Source: an uncultured Acidobacteriota bacterium
GTDB taxonomy: Bacteria > Acidobacteriota > Thermoanaerobaculia > Multivoradales > SZUA-115
Direction of reading: 5' to 3'
Length of the DNA: 64,000 nucleotides
NCBI GenBank assembly: GCA_963805975.1
Contig: CAWDVR010000006.1
Coordinates: 192,001 to 256,000, forward strand
A model generated the notes under the pieces. That model was not told the origin of the DNA. It saw only the letters and a program-made list of their open reading frames with translations, and searched no databases. The position numbers were made by a program, and so were the translations under genes. This document shows positions 10,665-21,472 of this stretch, piece by piece. Each line of letters starts with the position of its first letter. Within the stretch, counting starts at the first letter, position 1.

Positions 10665-11965
10665 ATGCGCGCCGCTCGCCAACCCAAGGCTGCGCCCACC
10701 CGCTCGCGGGTGGGCCTGGCTCTGGCCGGCGGCGCGCCCGGCGGCGCCGTCTACGAGATCGGTGCTCTCCGCGCCCTCGACGAGGCGGTGGGCGGCATCG
10801 ACCTCAATGATCTCGACGTCTATGTCGGGGTCAGCGCCGGCGGCTTCATCTCCGCCTGCCTCGCCAACCGCCTGACCTCGGCCCAGATGTGCCGGGCGAT
10901 CATGAGCGACGATCCAGGCGAGCATCCGTTCGTTCCCGAAACCTTTCTCAAGCCTCATTTCTCGGAGCTGGGCCGTCGGGTGGCCAGCATCCCCAGGCTC
11001 CTTGCGCAGTCGGCGTGGAACTATGCGCGGCACCCGCGCGAGAGCCTCCTCACCCATGTGCTCTCGAGCTGGGGCAGGCGCTGCCGGTCGGCTGTTTCGA
11101 CAACGAGCCCATCCGCGCGTACCTCGAGAAGATCTTCTCTCTCAAAGATCGGACCGACGACTTCCGCCGCCTGCGCCGGCCCCTCTACGTGGTGGCCACC
11201 GACCTGGACTCGGGCAAGGCGGTCCGCTTCGGCGCGCCCGGCTGGGATCACGTGCCGATCTCGCGTGCGGTGCAGGCGTCGACGGCTCTGCCGGGCCTCT
11301 ATCCGCCGGTCGAGATCGACGGCCGCTCCTACGTCGACGGCATCCTGCTCAAGACCGTTCACGCCTCGGTGGCCCTCGAAGCGGGCGCCAATCTGGTGCT
11401 CTGCGTCAACCCGATCGTGCCGGTCGACACCGCGCGGGCGGTGGAGGAGGGCGTGCTCCGCGATCGGCACCTCACGGAGCGCGGCCTGCCGACCGTGCTC
11501 ACCCAGGCCATCCGCACCCTGATCCACTCGCGGCTCGAGACCGGCATGGCGGCCTACCAGCGCCGCTTCGACGCCGACATCGTCCTGCTCGAGCCCGAGC
11601 GGCAGGACTACGAGATGTTCTTCACCAACATCTTCGGCTTTGCCGACCGCCGTGCGGTCTGCGAGCACGCCTACCGCGCGACCCGCCGGGAGCTTCTCTC
11701 CCGGTATTCAGAGCTGGCGCCGATCCTGGCACGCCACGGCCTCGAGCTCCGGCGCGACGTGCTCGAGGATTCCTCGCGGCGCCTCTGGGCCGGCGTCGGC
11801 CTGCCCGATCTCGACGGCCCGGCCGGCCGGGGTCCCCTGGACGCTGCCAGGAACAGGAGCGCGCCGGCCGGCGATCTGGCGGTGCTCGGCCGGCTGGACG
11901 CCGCTCTCGATCGGCTGGAGAGGCTGATCGACCCGCAGCCAGCGGTATCCGCTACGGAGCGGTAG
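10665..11965 (+). CDS. Patatin-like phospholipase/esterase (frameshift near 11066)
   Basis: LAGGAPGG, GVSAG nucleophile and YVDG are split over two frames. One added G in ctctcg(g)agctggggcag restores LSELGQALP. Confidence 0.85.
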
Positions 11966-13484
11966 CCTCGGTCCCCGGACGCTCTTCCACCGGCAGCTCG
12001 TAGCAGGCCGCTTCCCGGTCGTTCCTCACCAGCAGATACGGCGCGGCGAGCGCGGGCGGGTTCCAGGTCTTGCCGTCGAGGGCGGTGAAGCGGCCGAGCT
12101 CCTCGAGGCCGCCCGGGTCCGGCGCGACGAGGGCCACTTGCCCGTCCTCGGCCTGCACCAGCAGGAGATCGCCGGCGAGGATCACCTGCCCGTGACCGTA
12201 ACGGCCTTCCTTCCAGCAGCGCTCGCCGGTCTCCGGATCGAGGCAGACGAGGGTGCCGTCGTCGAGACCGTAGAGCCGCCCTTGGTACGGAACGACGTTG
12301 GTGAACTTGGCCTTGAGGCGCGGCGTCTCCCAGAGCAGCGTGGCGCCGAGGGCCCCGGAGCCGTCGCGCGCGATCTCGAGCAGCTTGCCGCCGATGCCGT
12401 AGCCGCTCGAGACGAAGAGCCGGTCGCCGGGGAGGGGCACCGGCTGCGAGACGTTGGGCTGGCCCGGCGGCCAGGCCCACTGCCAGAGCAGCCTGCCGTC
12501 GGCCGGGTCGTGGCCGGCGACGCTCGCCTGGTTGAAGATCACCACCTGGCGCACGCCGGCCAGCTCGACGAGGAGCGGCGAGCTGAAGCCCGAGCGGTCG
12601 TCCCCGCCGTGCCAGGCGGGCTCGCCGGTCGCCGCGTCGTAGGCCACCAGCGAGTGGCCGCCAGCGCCGCCGGCGCTCACGATCACGCGCCCGTCCACCA
12701 CGAGGGGCGAGCAGCTCTTGCCCCATTCCGGGCTCACACCGCCGTGCTCCGCCAGCACGTCGCGCGACCACAGCGGCCGGCCGGTCGCCGCGTCGAGCGC
12801 ACGGAGCCTGCCCGTGGCGCCCATGGCGAAGACGCGCCCGCCCTCTACCGTCGGCACCGAGCGCGGGCCGATGCCGCCGATCGGTGTCTCGTGGCGGGCG
12901 GTCTCGCCGTGCGCCCAGAGGCGGCGGCCGGTCGCCAGCTCGAAAGCGGCGACCACCTCCTCCGGTCCTTGCTGCTCGATCGTGTAGGCCATGCCACCCT
13001 TCACCGCGAAGCCGGCCCAACCCTCGCCCACGGCCTGGCGCCAGACCAGCCGCGGCGGCCGGCTCTGCCAGTCGCGCGCCAGCCGCACGCCGGGGAGAAC
13101 GCCGTTGCGATCCGGGCCGAGGAACTGCGGGTACTCGGCGGCGGTGTTGCCGGCCGCGGCCACGCGAGCTGCGGGTCCTCCCGCCCAGCGGAAGCCGAAG
13201 AGGGGCACCAGATCGCCCGTCACGCCGCGGTACTCGAAGAGCACGGCGCAGCCGGCCACCAGGGCGAGGGCGATTCCCAGGCCGGCGAACCGTGCTCGCC
13301 AGCGGGCGCGGGAGAGCAAGAGCAGCCAGACGAGCGCCAGGAGAACGGCAACGCCGGCCTGGGCGCCGGTGCGCAGCACACGCTCCTGGTTCTGTGACAC
13401 CTCGGCGAAGCCCCAGGTCCAGACGAGCGCCAGCAACCACAGCCCGAAGACTGCGACCAGCGGCCACCAACGGATCTTGTGCAT
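11952..13484 (-). CDS. Membrane-anchored PQQ-like beta-propeller repeat protein
   Basis: Three N-terminal TM helices, YPQFLGPDRNG, and repeated DxxTGxxLW motifs. Confidence 0.85.
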   Translation of the reverse strand: MHKIRWWPLVAVFGLWLLALVWTWGFAEVSQNQERVLRTGAQAGVAVLLALVWLLLLSRARWRARFAGLGIALALVAGCAVLFEYRGVTGDLVPLFGFRWAGGPAARVAAAGNTAAEYPQFLGPDRNGVLPGVRLARDWQSRPPRLVWRQAVGEGWAGFAVKGGMAYTIEQQGPEEVVAAFELATGRRLWAHGETARHETPIGGIGPRSVPTVEGGRVFAMGATGRLRALDAATGRPLWSRDVLAEHGGVSPEWGKSCSPLVVDGRVIVSAGGAGGHSLVAYDAATGEPAWHGGDDRSGFSSPLLVELAGVRQVVIFNQASVAGHDPADGRLLWQWAWPPGQPNVSQPVPLPGDRLFVSSGYGIGGKLLEIARDGSGALGATLLWETPRLKAKFTNVVPYQGRLYGLDDGTLVCLDPETGERCWKEGRYGHGQVILAGDLLLVQAEDGQVALVAPDPGGLEELGRFTALDGKTWNPPALAAPYLLVRNDREAACYELPVEERPGTEATAP

Positions 13485-13496
13485 GGTGAGGCTCTC

Positions 13497-16031
13497 CTAT
13501 CGCCTTCGCAGCCGAAAGGCCGCCAGGGCGTGCGGCTCCTCGCCGGCGGGCAGAGCCGCGGCGAGGCGGCGGATGGTCTTGCCCCAGGCCGCCTGCTGGG
13601 TCCACTTGCGGGTCTCGACGAGCTCGACCTCGAGGCCCGCGGCCATCAGCCGCGCCGCCAGGTCGTCGCGGCGCCGGCCCTGGGCGTCGATCGCCACGGC
13701 CTCGATCTCGGCGCCGCGGCGATAGAGCGCCAGGAGGCCGAAGGCCTCTTCGTCCGCCACCGCTTGCAGCAGCGCCACGCGGCCCCGCTCGCCGTCTTCG
13801 AGCTCGGAGAGGATGCCTTCGATGAGGGGATGGCCGGAGGCGAAGAAGTCGAGGGTCTCTTTTTCGACCGCCTCTTCGCGGTCGAAGGTGCCGAGGAAGC
13901 TCGCGCCGGGAGAGACGCCCGGCAGGTGGTCCACCAGGGCCTCGGGCCCGAACTCGATCAGCCAGGTGCTCTTGCCGCTCTGCGCCTCGACCGTGAAGCC
14001 GAAGCGCGCCAGGGCGCGGAGCACCACGTCCTGGGTCAGCGTTTCGAGGTCGGGGGGGACGCGCGCCAGGATCCCGGGCCCCATCTCGGCGCGGTAGGGA
14101 TCGCGGTGCAGCTCGTGCCAGGCCGCGTTGCGCTCGCGGTCGAAGCCGCTCTGCGCCGCTTCGAGCGCCGGCAGGAAACGCCCGGCCTCGATCTCGCCGG
14201 CGTCTTCCACGGCCGCCTGCTCGATCGCCTCGGTCACCCGCTTGAGCTCGCGCTCGAGGCCGCCCAGCGGATGCTCGAAGAGGCCGATCCGCTCCATCAC
14301 CTCGACCACGGCGCGGCCGAGCCCCGAGGGTGGCCGGAAGTAGAGGATCTCGGTCGGCAGCGTGCGGCCGATCCGGTCCAGTCTGCCGATGCGCTGCTCG
14401 ACCACGCCCGGCCTCCAGGGCAGATCGAAGAGCACCAGGCGATGGCAGAACTGGAAGTTGCGTCCTTCGCCGCCGGCCTCGGTCGAGACCAGGAGCGACG
14501 GCCCCTCGGTGAGCCGGAACTGCGCCACCTCGATGTCCCGGCGTTCCGGGGACAGGCCCTCGTGGAACACGCCGACCCGCGCCGCGGCCTGCTGCTCGAT
14601 CGCCTGCTTCAGGAGATCCAGGCTCTCCTGGTGGGCCACGAACACCAGCGTCTTCTCGCCGGCACGGCGCCAGGCCGCGGCCTGCTCGACCAGCCAGGCG
14701 ACGCGCGGGTCGGCGCTCCGGGCCTTCGCGGCCAGCTCGCGGCCGGCCTCGTCCTCGCGCTCCAGGACCGCGAGCAGGGCCGCCGGCGAGGCCAGGGCGC
14801 GGAACGCCCTTTCCGCCTTGCGCCTGGCCGCCGCGGCATGGGGCGCGGGCAGGGCCCGCAGGTGGTCCTCGAGCGCGCGGAGGGCCTGCCAGCCTGCCTC
14901 GGCCGAGGGGTCCGCCAGCTCGACGGGCACGGCTCGCCGCGGCGGCAGGCCGCCGATGTCCGCGCGGCGCGTGGCGCTGGTGGCGGCCGGCAACGGCTCG
15001 CGGCGGGCCAGCCGGTCCGCGAAGGTCTCCTCCTCCGGCAGCTCTTCGGGCCGCAGGAGCTGGAGCAGGCGGAGGAACCCGTGGGCGTCGTCCTCGAGCG
15101 GCGTCGCGGTGAGCAGCAGGGCGTGGCGGCTGGCGGCGGCGAGCGGCGCCACCGCACGGTAGGCGGGGTCGCCGGGATGGCCGGGAGGCCGCCGGAGGTG
15201 GTGTGCCTCGTCCACCACCAGGAGATCGATGCCGGCGGCCACTGCCTGCTCGGTGAGGCGCCGCCGCTCGACCAGGGTCTCGAGGCCCACGATCGCCCGG
15301 CGGTGGACGTCGAAGGGGTTGAAGCCGGGGCCGTAGTCCTTCACCACGTCGTCCAGGCGCTTGCCGTCGAGCAGGGCGAAGACGTGGTGGTGCTTGCGCC
15401 ACAGCTCGCCCAGCCATTGCAGGATCAGCGTCTCCGGAGCGACCACCAGCGTGCGTTCCGCCATGCCGGCGTGGAGCAGGCGGTTCATGATCAGGCAGGC
15501 CTCGACCGTCTTGCCCAGGCCCACCTCGTCGGCCAGCAGCCAGCGCACGGGAAGCCCGCGGCAGGCCCGCTCGGCGGCGTAGAGCTGGTGCGGGAAGAGC
15601 CGGATCCGGCCGCCGAGAAAGGCTCCCAGCCCGTCCGCCTGCCGCAGGCGGGAGAGGCGCAGCCCGTCGAGGCGGTTGAGGAAGTCCTCGGTCGCGTCCA
15701 CCTCGCCGCGGGCCAGGCGGTCGAGGAGCGGCTCGGCCTCGGCCAGCGGCCAGAGCGAGGCCACCGGCACCTCGCGGCCGTCGGCGAGGAGCGCCGAGCC
15801 CTCCTCGCGCACCGCGGCCACGCCGACGATCTCGCCGCCAGCTCCTAGCCGCGCCCGCTTGCCGGCCTCGATCGAGAGCGGTGTCAGCGCCTGGTCACCG
15901 GTGGCCAGCAGCAAAGTCTCGCCCCTCTCCGGGAACTCGACGGTGAGCCGGCGGCCCTGGACGGCACTGACCACTCCCGGGCCGAGCTTGCGGTTGAAAC
16001 GATGGAGCAGGCGGTCGCCGACCTTCCACAT
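13497..16031 (-). CDS. RapA/HepA-like SNF2-family helicase
   Basis: Start MWKVGDR at 16031. Motifs LFPHQ, LLADEVGLGKT, DEAHH, LLTATP, GGEGRNFQ and EQRIGRLDRIG. Confidence 0.9.
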   Translation of the reverse strand: MWKVGDRLLHRFNRKLGPGVVSAVQGRRLTVEFPERGETLLLATGDQALTPLSIEAGKRARLGAGGEIVGVAAVREEGSALLADGREVPVASLWPLAEAEPLLDRLARGEVDATEDFLNRLDGLRLSRLRQADGLGAFLGGRIRLFPHQLYAAERACRGLPVRWLLADEVGLGKTVEACLIMNRLLHAGMAERTLVVAPETLILQWLGELWRKHHHVFALLDGKRLDDVVKDYGPGFNPFDVHRRAIVGLETLVERRRLTEQAVAAGIDLLVVDEAHHLRRPPGHPGDPAYRAVAPLAAASRHALLLTATPLEDDAHGFLRLLQLLRPEELPEEETFADRLARREPLPAATSATRRADIGGLPPRRAVPVELADPSAEAGWQALRALEDHLRALPAPHAAAARRKAERAFRALASPAALLAVLEREDEAGRELAAKARSADPRVAWLVEQAAAWRRAGEKTLVFVAHQESLDLLKQAIEQQAAARVGVFHEGLSPERRDIEVAQFRLTEGPSLLVSTEAGGEGRNFQFCHRLVLFDLPWRPGVVEQRIGRLDRIGRTLPTEILYFRPPSGLGRAVVEVMERIGLFEHPLGGLERELKRVTEAIEQAAVEDAGEIEAGRFLPALEAAQSGFDRERNAAWHELHRDPYRAEMGPGILARVPPDLETLTQDVVLRALARFGFTVEAQSGKSTWLIEFGPEALVDHLPGVSPGASFLGTFDREEAVEKETLDFFASGHPLIEGILSELEDGERGRVALLQAVADEEAFGLLALYRRGAEIEAVAIDAQGRRRDDLAARLMAAGLEVELVETRKWTQQAAWGKTIRRLAAALPAGEEPHALAAFRLRRR

Positions 16032-16058
16032 GGGCGTCGAATAGTATGCGAGCCCATC

Positions 16059-16565
16059 GTGAGCGCCGCGGAAGGCCACTCCTTCGCCCTTTGCGGCGAC
16101 CTCGAGCCGGGTGCGCTGGCGGCGCTCCTCGGCCGCTTCGGGCTGCAGGTGACCACGGTCGAGCCCGGGCAGCCGATCCCCGGCTCGTTCTGGGGCGATC
16201 CCGAGGCCGGCATCATCGGCACCGAGGTTCTGGTGCGGCCGGACACCCCGGTGCACTCGGCGCTCCACGAGGCCTGCCATCTGGTCTGCGCCGACGCCGC
16301 GCGCCGCGCCCTCATCCACACCGACGCCGGGGGCGACTACGACGAGGAGAACGGCGTCTGCTACCTCCAGATCCTGCTCGCCGGCTACCTCGCAGACTTT
16401 GGTCGCGACCGCGCCCTCGCCGACATGGACGCCTGGGGCTACAGCTTCCGCCTGGGCTCCGCCCGGGCCTGGTTCGAGAGCGACGCCGAGGACGCCCGCG
16501 CCTGGCTCGCCGGGCAGGGGTTGCTGGACGCCGGCGGGGAACCGACGTGGTCGATGCGGCCGTAG
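16059..16565 (+). CDS. Conserved hypothetical protein with an HExxH motif
   Basis: IPGSFWG, SALHEACH, EENGVCYLQ and MDAWGYSFRLGS, with typical codon usage. Start is uncertain. Confidence 0.7.
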   Translation: MSAAEGHSFALCGDLEPGALAALLGRFGLQVTTVEPGQPIPGSFWGDPEAGIIGTEVLVRPDTPVHSALHEACHLVCADAARRALIHTDAGGDYDEENGVCYLQILLAGYLADFGRDRALADMDAWGYSFRLGSARAWFESDAEDARAWLAGQGLLDAGGEPTWSMRP

Positions 16566-16587
16566 GGCGACCGCCGGTCGCCCCTAC
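16562..16587. repeat. REP-like GTAG palindrome between convergent genes
   Basis: GTAGGGCGACCGCCGGTCGCCCCTAC contains both stop codons. Confidence 0.6.
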
Positions 16588-19500
16588 AGAAGGAGCGTCG
16601 CCGGCTGCAGTGGCAGGCCGGCCAACAGATCGTCGATCCGTTCGACGGTGACCCGCCCCACCTCCAGATCGGCGCGTGCCGCGGCCAGGGTGGCCAGGCG
16701 GACCTGTTCCGCCGAGAGCCGGGGGCGGGGGTCGAGGTAGCGCTCCGCTTCGAGGAAGGCTTCGAGCTCCAGGCGCTTGGTCTCGTGGAAGCGCCGGATC
16801 TCGCCCGCGTCGAGCGCAGCCAGGAGCAGGCGCGCGTCTCCACCCAGGCGAGCCGCGAGCTCGTCGACCGCGTCCAGAAAGACCTGCGACACCGCGGCGG
16901 AGGCCACCAGCGCGGCACGGTCCACGCGCCGCCCGCGGCCGATGCGCCAGGCTTCGAGCGCTGCGGTGAGCGCGTGCGCCGCGGCCCCGGCCTGGCCCAG
17001 GGCCACCTCGGAGCCGGGCACCACGGCCTCGGCAACGCCGCGCTCCAGCAGGGCCTCCGCCGGCCCCCAGAGCTCGAAGCCCGCGGCGAGCAGCGGGTGG
17101 AGAGCGCGCGGCTCGGCGACGAGGTGCCAGAGATGGATACTGCCCACGCTCTCCGCCCAGGGGTCGAGGGCCGGCACGCCGAGCAACCGGCCGTAGGCCA
17201 GGCGGTCGAGGCTCCCCGGCGACGCCACCGCAGGCCGCGGCGGCGGTGCGGCGAGCGGCCGGCGCTCGGCCATGGCGAGGCGCCGCGCGGCGGCGAGGTC
17301 GATCACCGTGTGCTCCACCGGCCGGCCGGCGAGCGCCTGTTCCTCGAGCACCGCCCGCCACTTGCCCACCTCCTCGGGCTGCGCCATGAAGGCGAAGACC
17401 TGGCGGCCGCGCGCCGCGAGCGCGGCGACCGCCTCGATGAGCGCCGCGGTGCGCTCCGGGTCGCTGGTGGCGAGCGTCTCGTCGAGGAAGATCGGTGGCG
17501 CCGTGGCGGTCTCCTGGTGCTCGACGAAGGCCATGCGGACGGCCAGGAGGAGCTGGAGACGCGTGCCGCTCGACAGCTCATCGAGCTGCTGCTCGCGGCC
17601 GGTCTCGGCGTCGAGGGCCGAGAGCACCGGCAGCTCGCCGCCGCCGAGGCGGAGCTCGTAGCGGTGGCGGGTGACCTCGGCAAAGAGCTCGCGAGCACGG
17701 CGCAGCACGGGCGGCTGGTGGCGGTCCCGGGCCTCGCGCCGCAGATGCTCGGCGAGCACCCAGCCGGCCACCGCCTCGTAGTCCGCCTCGCGCGCCGCGC
17801 GCAGCTCGGCGGCGGCCTCGTCGCGTCGGGCGAGCGCGCTCTCGAGGTCGTGCTTCTGCCGCGCGTCGCGGAGCAGGCTCTCGATGCCCGCGATCTCCTC
17901 GGCGAGCGAATCGCGTCGTGCCGCGCTCTCCCGGGCCCGCGCCAGCTCCTCCTCCAGCGCCTCGGGGCTCGCGGCTGGGGTGCCCTCCAGGTCGAGGCCA
18001 GCCGCGGCGGCCATTTCGAGATCGTGCTCGGCAAAGAGCAGCGCCTGCCGGGCCTCGCGGAAGGCGGGAAGGTCTGCCAGCGCGGCGGCGAGCGCCGGCT
18101 CGCCGTCCGGTGGGAGGTCCCCATCCGGGCAGGCCCCCAGCCGGCGCCAGGCCCAGAGTCTCGAACAGCTCGCGGATCTCGCGCTCGGCTCGCGCAAGCT
18201 CCACCGCCTGGCGCGCGGCACGCTCCTGCTCGCGCCCCTGGTCGGCCCGGGCCTGGTCGAAGCGCCGGGCGCGCTCCTTCAGATCCTCGACCGAGGCCCG
18301 GGCCGCAGTCGAGGACTCCGGCGCTGGATAGCCGAAGGGGGCGAGGCGGCTCGCGAGCCTCGCGGCCCCGGCGCTCCGCCGCTCTTCGACCACCGTCTGC
18401 CGTGCCTCGGCAGCGGCGGCCTCCGCGAGAGAAGCAGAAGCACGGCCGAGGCGGCCGGCGGTCATGGCCAAGCCGAGCGCCGGGCCGGGGGCGACGCCGA
18501 TCGCCGAGGCGAGGGCCGCCCGCGCCCGCTCGAGCTCCACGCGGGAGGCCGCCAGCGCGCGGGGGTCGAGACCGAGCCGCTGCCAGATCTCGCGGTCGCG
18601 CGCCTTCCCACGGGCGGCTTCGAGCTCGGCGCCCAGCTCGTCCAGCCGGCGCTCGACGGCAGGGCGCTTCCAGTCGGTCGGCGGTGCAACGCCGGTCCTG
18701 GCGATCTCGCCGGCCAGCGTGCTCCGCCGGGAGGCCAGCAGGGCGAGCCGCACGGTGAACGCGCCGAGCCCGGCGGCAGCGAGGCCCGCGGCCACCCGCC
18801 AGGAGATCCCGAGCTCCGGCGGAGCGAGTGCCAGGAGCAGCAGAAGCATCGCCACGAGGCTCGCGGCCGCGAGCGCCGGCCAGCCCATCACCGGCGTGGC
18901 GAGCCAGCTCGTGACCAGGGCTCGCGCCCGCTCGAGACGGGCGGTGTCGCCTGGGGCCGGGTCCGCCTCGCCGAGCTGGGCACGGACGACCGACCACACC
19001 TCTTCGGCGGCCCGTTGCCGCTCCTCTCGCCGGAGCAGGTCGTCGACCTCGGCGGTGGCCCCGGCCGCCCGAGCCGTGAAGAGATCGAGGTCGGCCACCT
19101 CCCCGAGCTCGGCCAGCGCCGATCGCGCCGCCGCGCGGCAGCCGGCGAGAGCGGTGGCGAGACCGGCGCTCTCGTGCTCCAGCGCGCGCAGCTCCTCGGC
19201 CTCGGCGGCGAGGGTGGCGAGGAGCGGAGCGCCGGCCCCCTGCGGAGGCAGGCCCAGCTCCCGCAGCCGCTGCCCGAGGCGTGCCAGCTCGGCCTCGGCC
19301 TCGGTGCGCTCGCTCTCGGCCTGGTCCCTCCGCTGGCGCAGATCGCGGAGCCGTTCGGGCTCGCCACCCGAGAGCCGCTCGAGGAGGGCCGGGAACGCCG
19401 CCACCGCGGTCCGGGCGCGCGCGAACGCGGACTCGGCCCGTATCAGCGCCAAGCGGCGGGCCAGCTCCGCGGCGCGCCGCCCGGCCGCGGCGGCAGCATT

Positions 19501-20094
19501 CCTTTCCCGGTGCAGGCCCGCGAGGCGCTCTTCCTCGCGCCGGAGCTGCTGCTGCCGCCGCTGTAGGTCGCCCACCTCGTCCTGGGCCTGGCGGAGCTTC
19601 TGCCGTTCCTGCCGCGCCTGCCGCGCGTCGCGGCGGAAGCCGTGGGCGGCTGCCGCCTGCGCGACGTCGTAGCCGCCGGCCGACTCGCGGGCCAGGGCGG
19701 CGGCGAAGGGCTCGCCGGCCGAACCCAAGAGGTCTACCAGCGCCAAGTCGTAGCGGTCTCGAAGCTCCGCGGGCGGCAGGGGAGGAGCCTCGGCCGCCGC
19801 TCCCTGGCGGAGGAACCGCTGCCTGCCGGCCGCGATCTCCGAGGTCCAGGAGTCCCCCTCGAGCTCGGCCCCCTTGAGCTCGAAAGTGGCTTCCAGCTCG
19901 GTCTCGAGCGGCAACGTGCGGGGTGGCCAGAGGAGGTCGAGGAGGGCCCGCGCCGTCGTCGTCTTGCCGGAGGCGTTGGGCCCGTGGATCAGATTGATCC
20001 CGCGGGCGAAACCCGAGAGCGAGAAGCCCTCGCGCCGGAAGCCCGGCGTCCGCCGGACCTCGAGGCCGGTGAAGATCAGCGGCCGGCCGCTCAT
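16584..20094 (-). CDS. YhaN-like SMC/Rad50-type coiled-coil ATPase (frameshift near 18120-18140)
   Basis: N-terminal GPNASGKTT and a long coiled coil. The C-terminal LSSGTRLQL and FLDE motifs are in a second frame, with the join near a G run. Confidence 0.85.
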
Positions 20095-20110
20095 CGGCCT
20101 CGGGCTCCCG

Positions 20111-21416
20111 TCATGGCCGGGGGTGCTCGCCTTTCTGCCGGAGGAGGGCCTCGAGCAGGCGGTACCCGGCGCGGCGGAAGGCGTCCCGCGCGGCCTCGCC
20201 GTCGGGCTCGGGATCGGGGACCGGACCGGTCGCCAGCGCGCCGTAGGCCGCGGAGCGATAGACCCCGGAGATCGCGCTCACGCCCCGCTCACGCAGCGTG
20301 CCGGGGATCTCTCCCGCTTCCAGATGTCCGAGCACCCGCGCCAGCTCGCCCGCGGCGTCGTCCGCCTGGGCCAGGGCGGCGAGGTCGAGCGGCGGCAGGG
20401 TCTCGTCGCTCGCGCGGTCGAGGGCCAGCGCCAGCGCGCCGCCGATCGGGTCTTCCCCCTCGGTCAGCGCCTCGAGCCAGGGCCGGAGCTTGCCGTGGAG
20501 CGGCGTGCGCCCCACGCAGCGCAGGTGGAGCACGAGGGTCGCGAGCGAGTCCCCACCTTCGCGATGCGCCTGCTCCAGGGCGCGGAGGGCCGCTTCCCGC
20601 CAGAGCCGGTCGAAGCCCTCCTGGTCCGGCGCGCCGTCGAGGCTCCACGGTCACCGTCTCGTAGCGCACGGCGGAGAGCGGGACGAGCTCCAGCCGGTCG
20701 ATCCGCCCGTCCTCGGCCGCGAGGAGCCAGGCGCCATGGGCTCCCGGCTCGCCGGGATCGAGAGCCTGGGGCGAGCCGGGGTAGAGGGTCGGAGTCCCCG
20801 CCCCCGTGAGCCGGGCCGGCGTGTGGATGTGGCCCAAAAGCCAGGCCGAAACCGGTGTGCTCCGAAGCCGGGGAAGGGCCAGGGGTGCGTACGGACCGGC
20901 CAGGACGCCGGCGTCGCCGTGGAGCAGGCCGAACACCGGCGCCTCGGGGGTCGCCGGAAGGCTGTAGGTTTCGAGCGGGTCCGTGCTCACCCACTTGTCC
21001 GGGAAGGACCAACCGTCGAAGAAGGCCAGGGTGTGGCCGTCGCGCTCGAGTGCCGCGCGCTGCCAGGCACCGCCTTCGCCCAGCACCCGGAAGCGCGGCT
21101 CGCCGAGCACCCGCGCCAGACGGGGCAGCACGTCGAAGTCGTGGTTGCCGGCCACCGCCACGGTGTCGATGCCCGCCGCGGCCAGGCGCAGGATGCCGGC
21201 CGTCAGCGGTCCCAGGGCCTCGTAATAGCGGTTCTCGCGATCGACCACGTCGCCGGTGAGCACCACTGCCTCGACTTTGCGGTCGAGGGCCAGCTCGACG
21301 ACCCGCTCCCAGGCCCCGGTGGTGGAGAAGCGGCGATCGCCGGCCAGCGCTGCCGGCAACCGCGCCGACCTGCGGCCGAGATGGAGATCGCCGGTGATGA
21401 GGAGCTTGAGGGTCAT
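20111..21416 (-). CDS. YhaO/SbcD/Mre11-like metallophosphoesterase nuclease (frameshift near 20641)
   Basis: GDLHLG, GDVVD, GNHD, LHG, GHIH and YPGSPQ motifs. Removing one base near 20641 gives ...LDGAPDQEGFDRLWRE and joins the 20111-20533 ORF. Confidence 0.87.
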
Positions 21417-21472
21417 TTGCCCTGGCAATGGTAGCAGCCGGCCGAGAACGCGATCCGAGGGAGAATCCGCGG

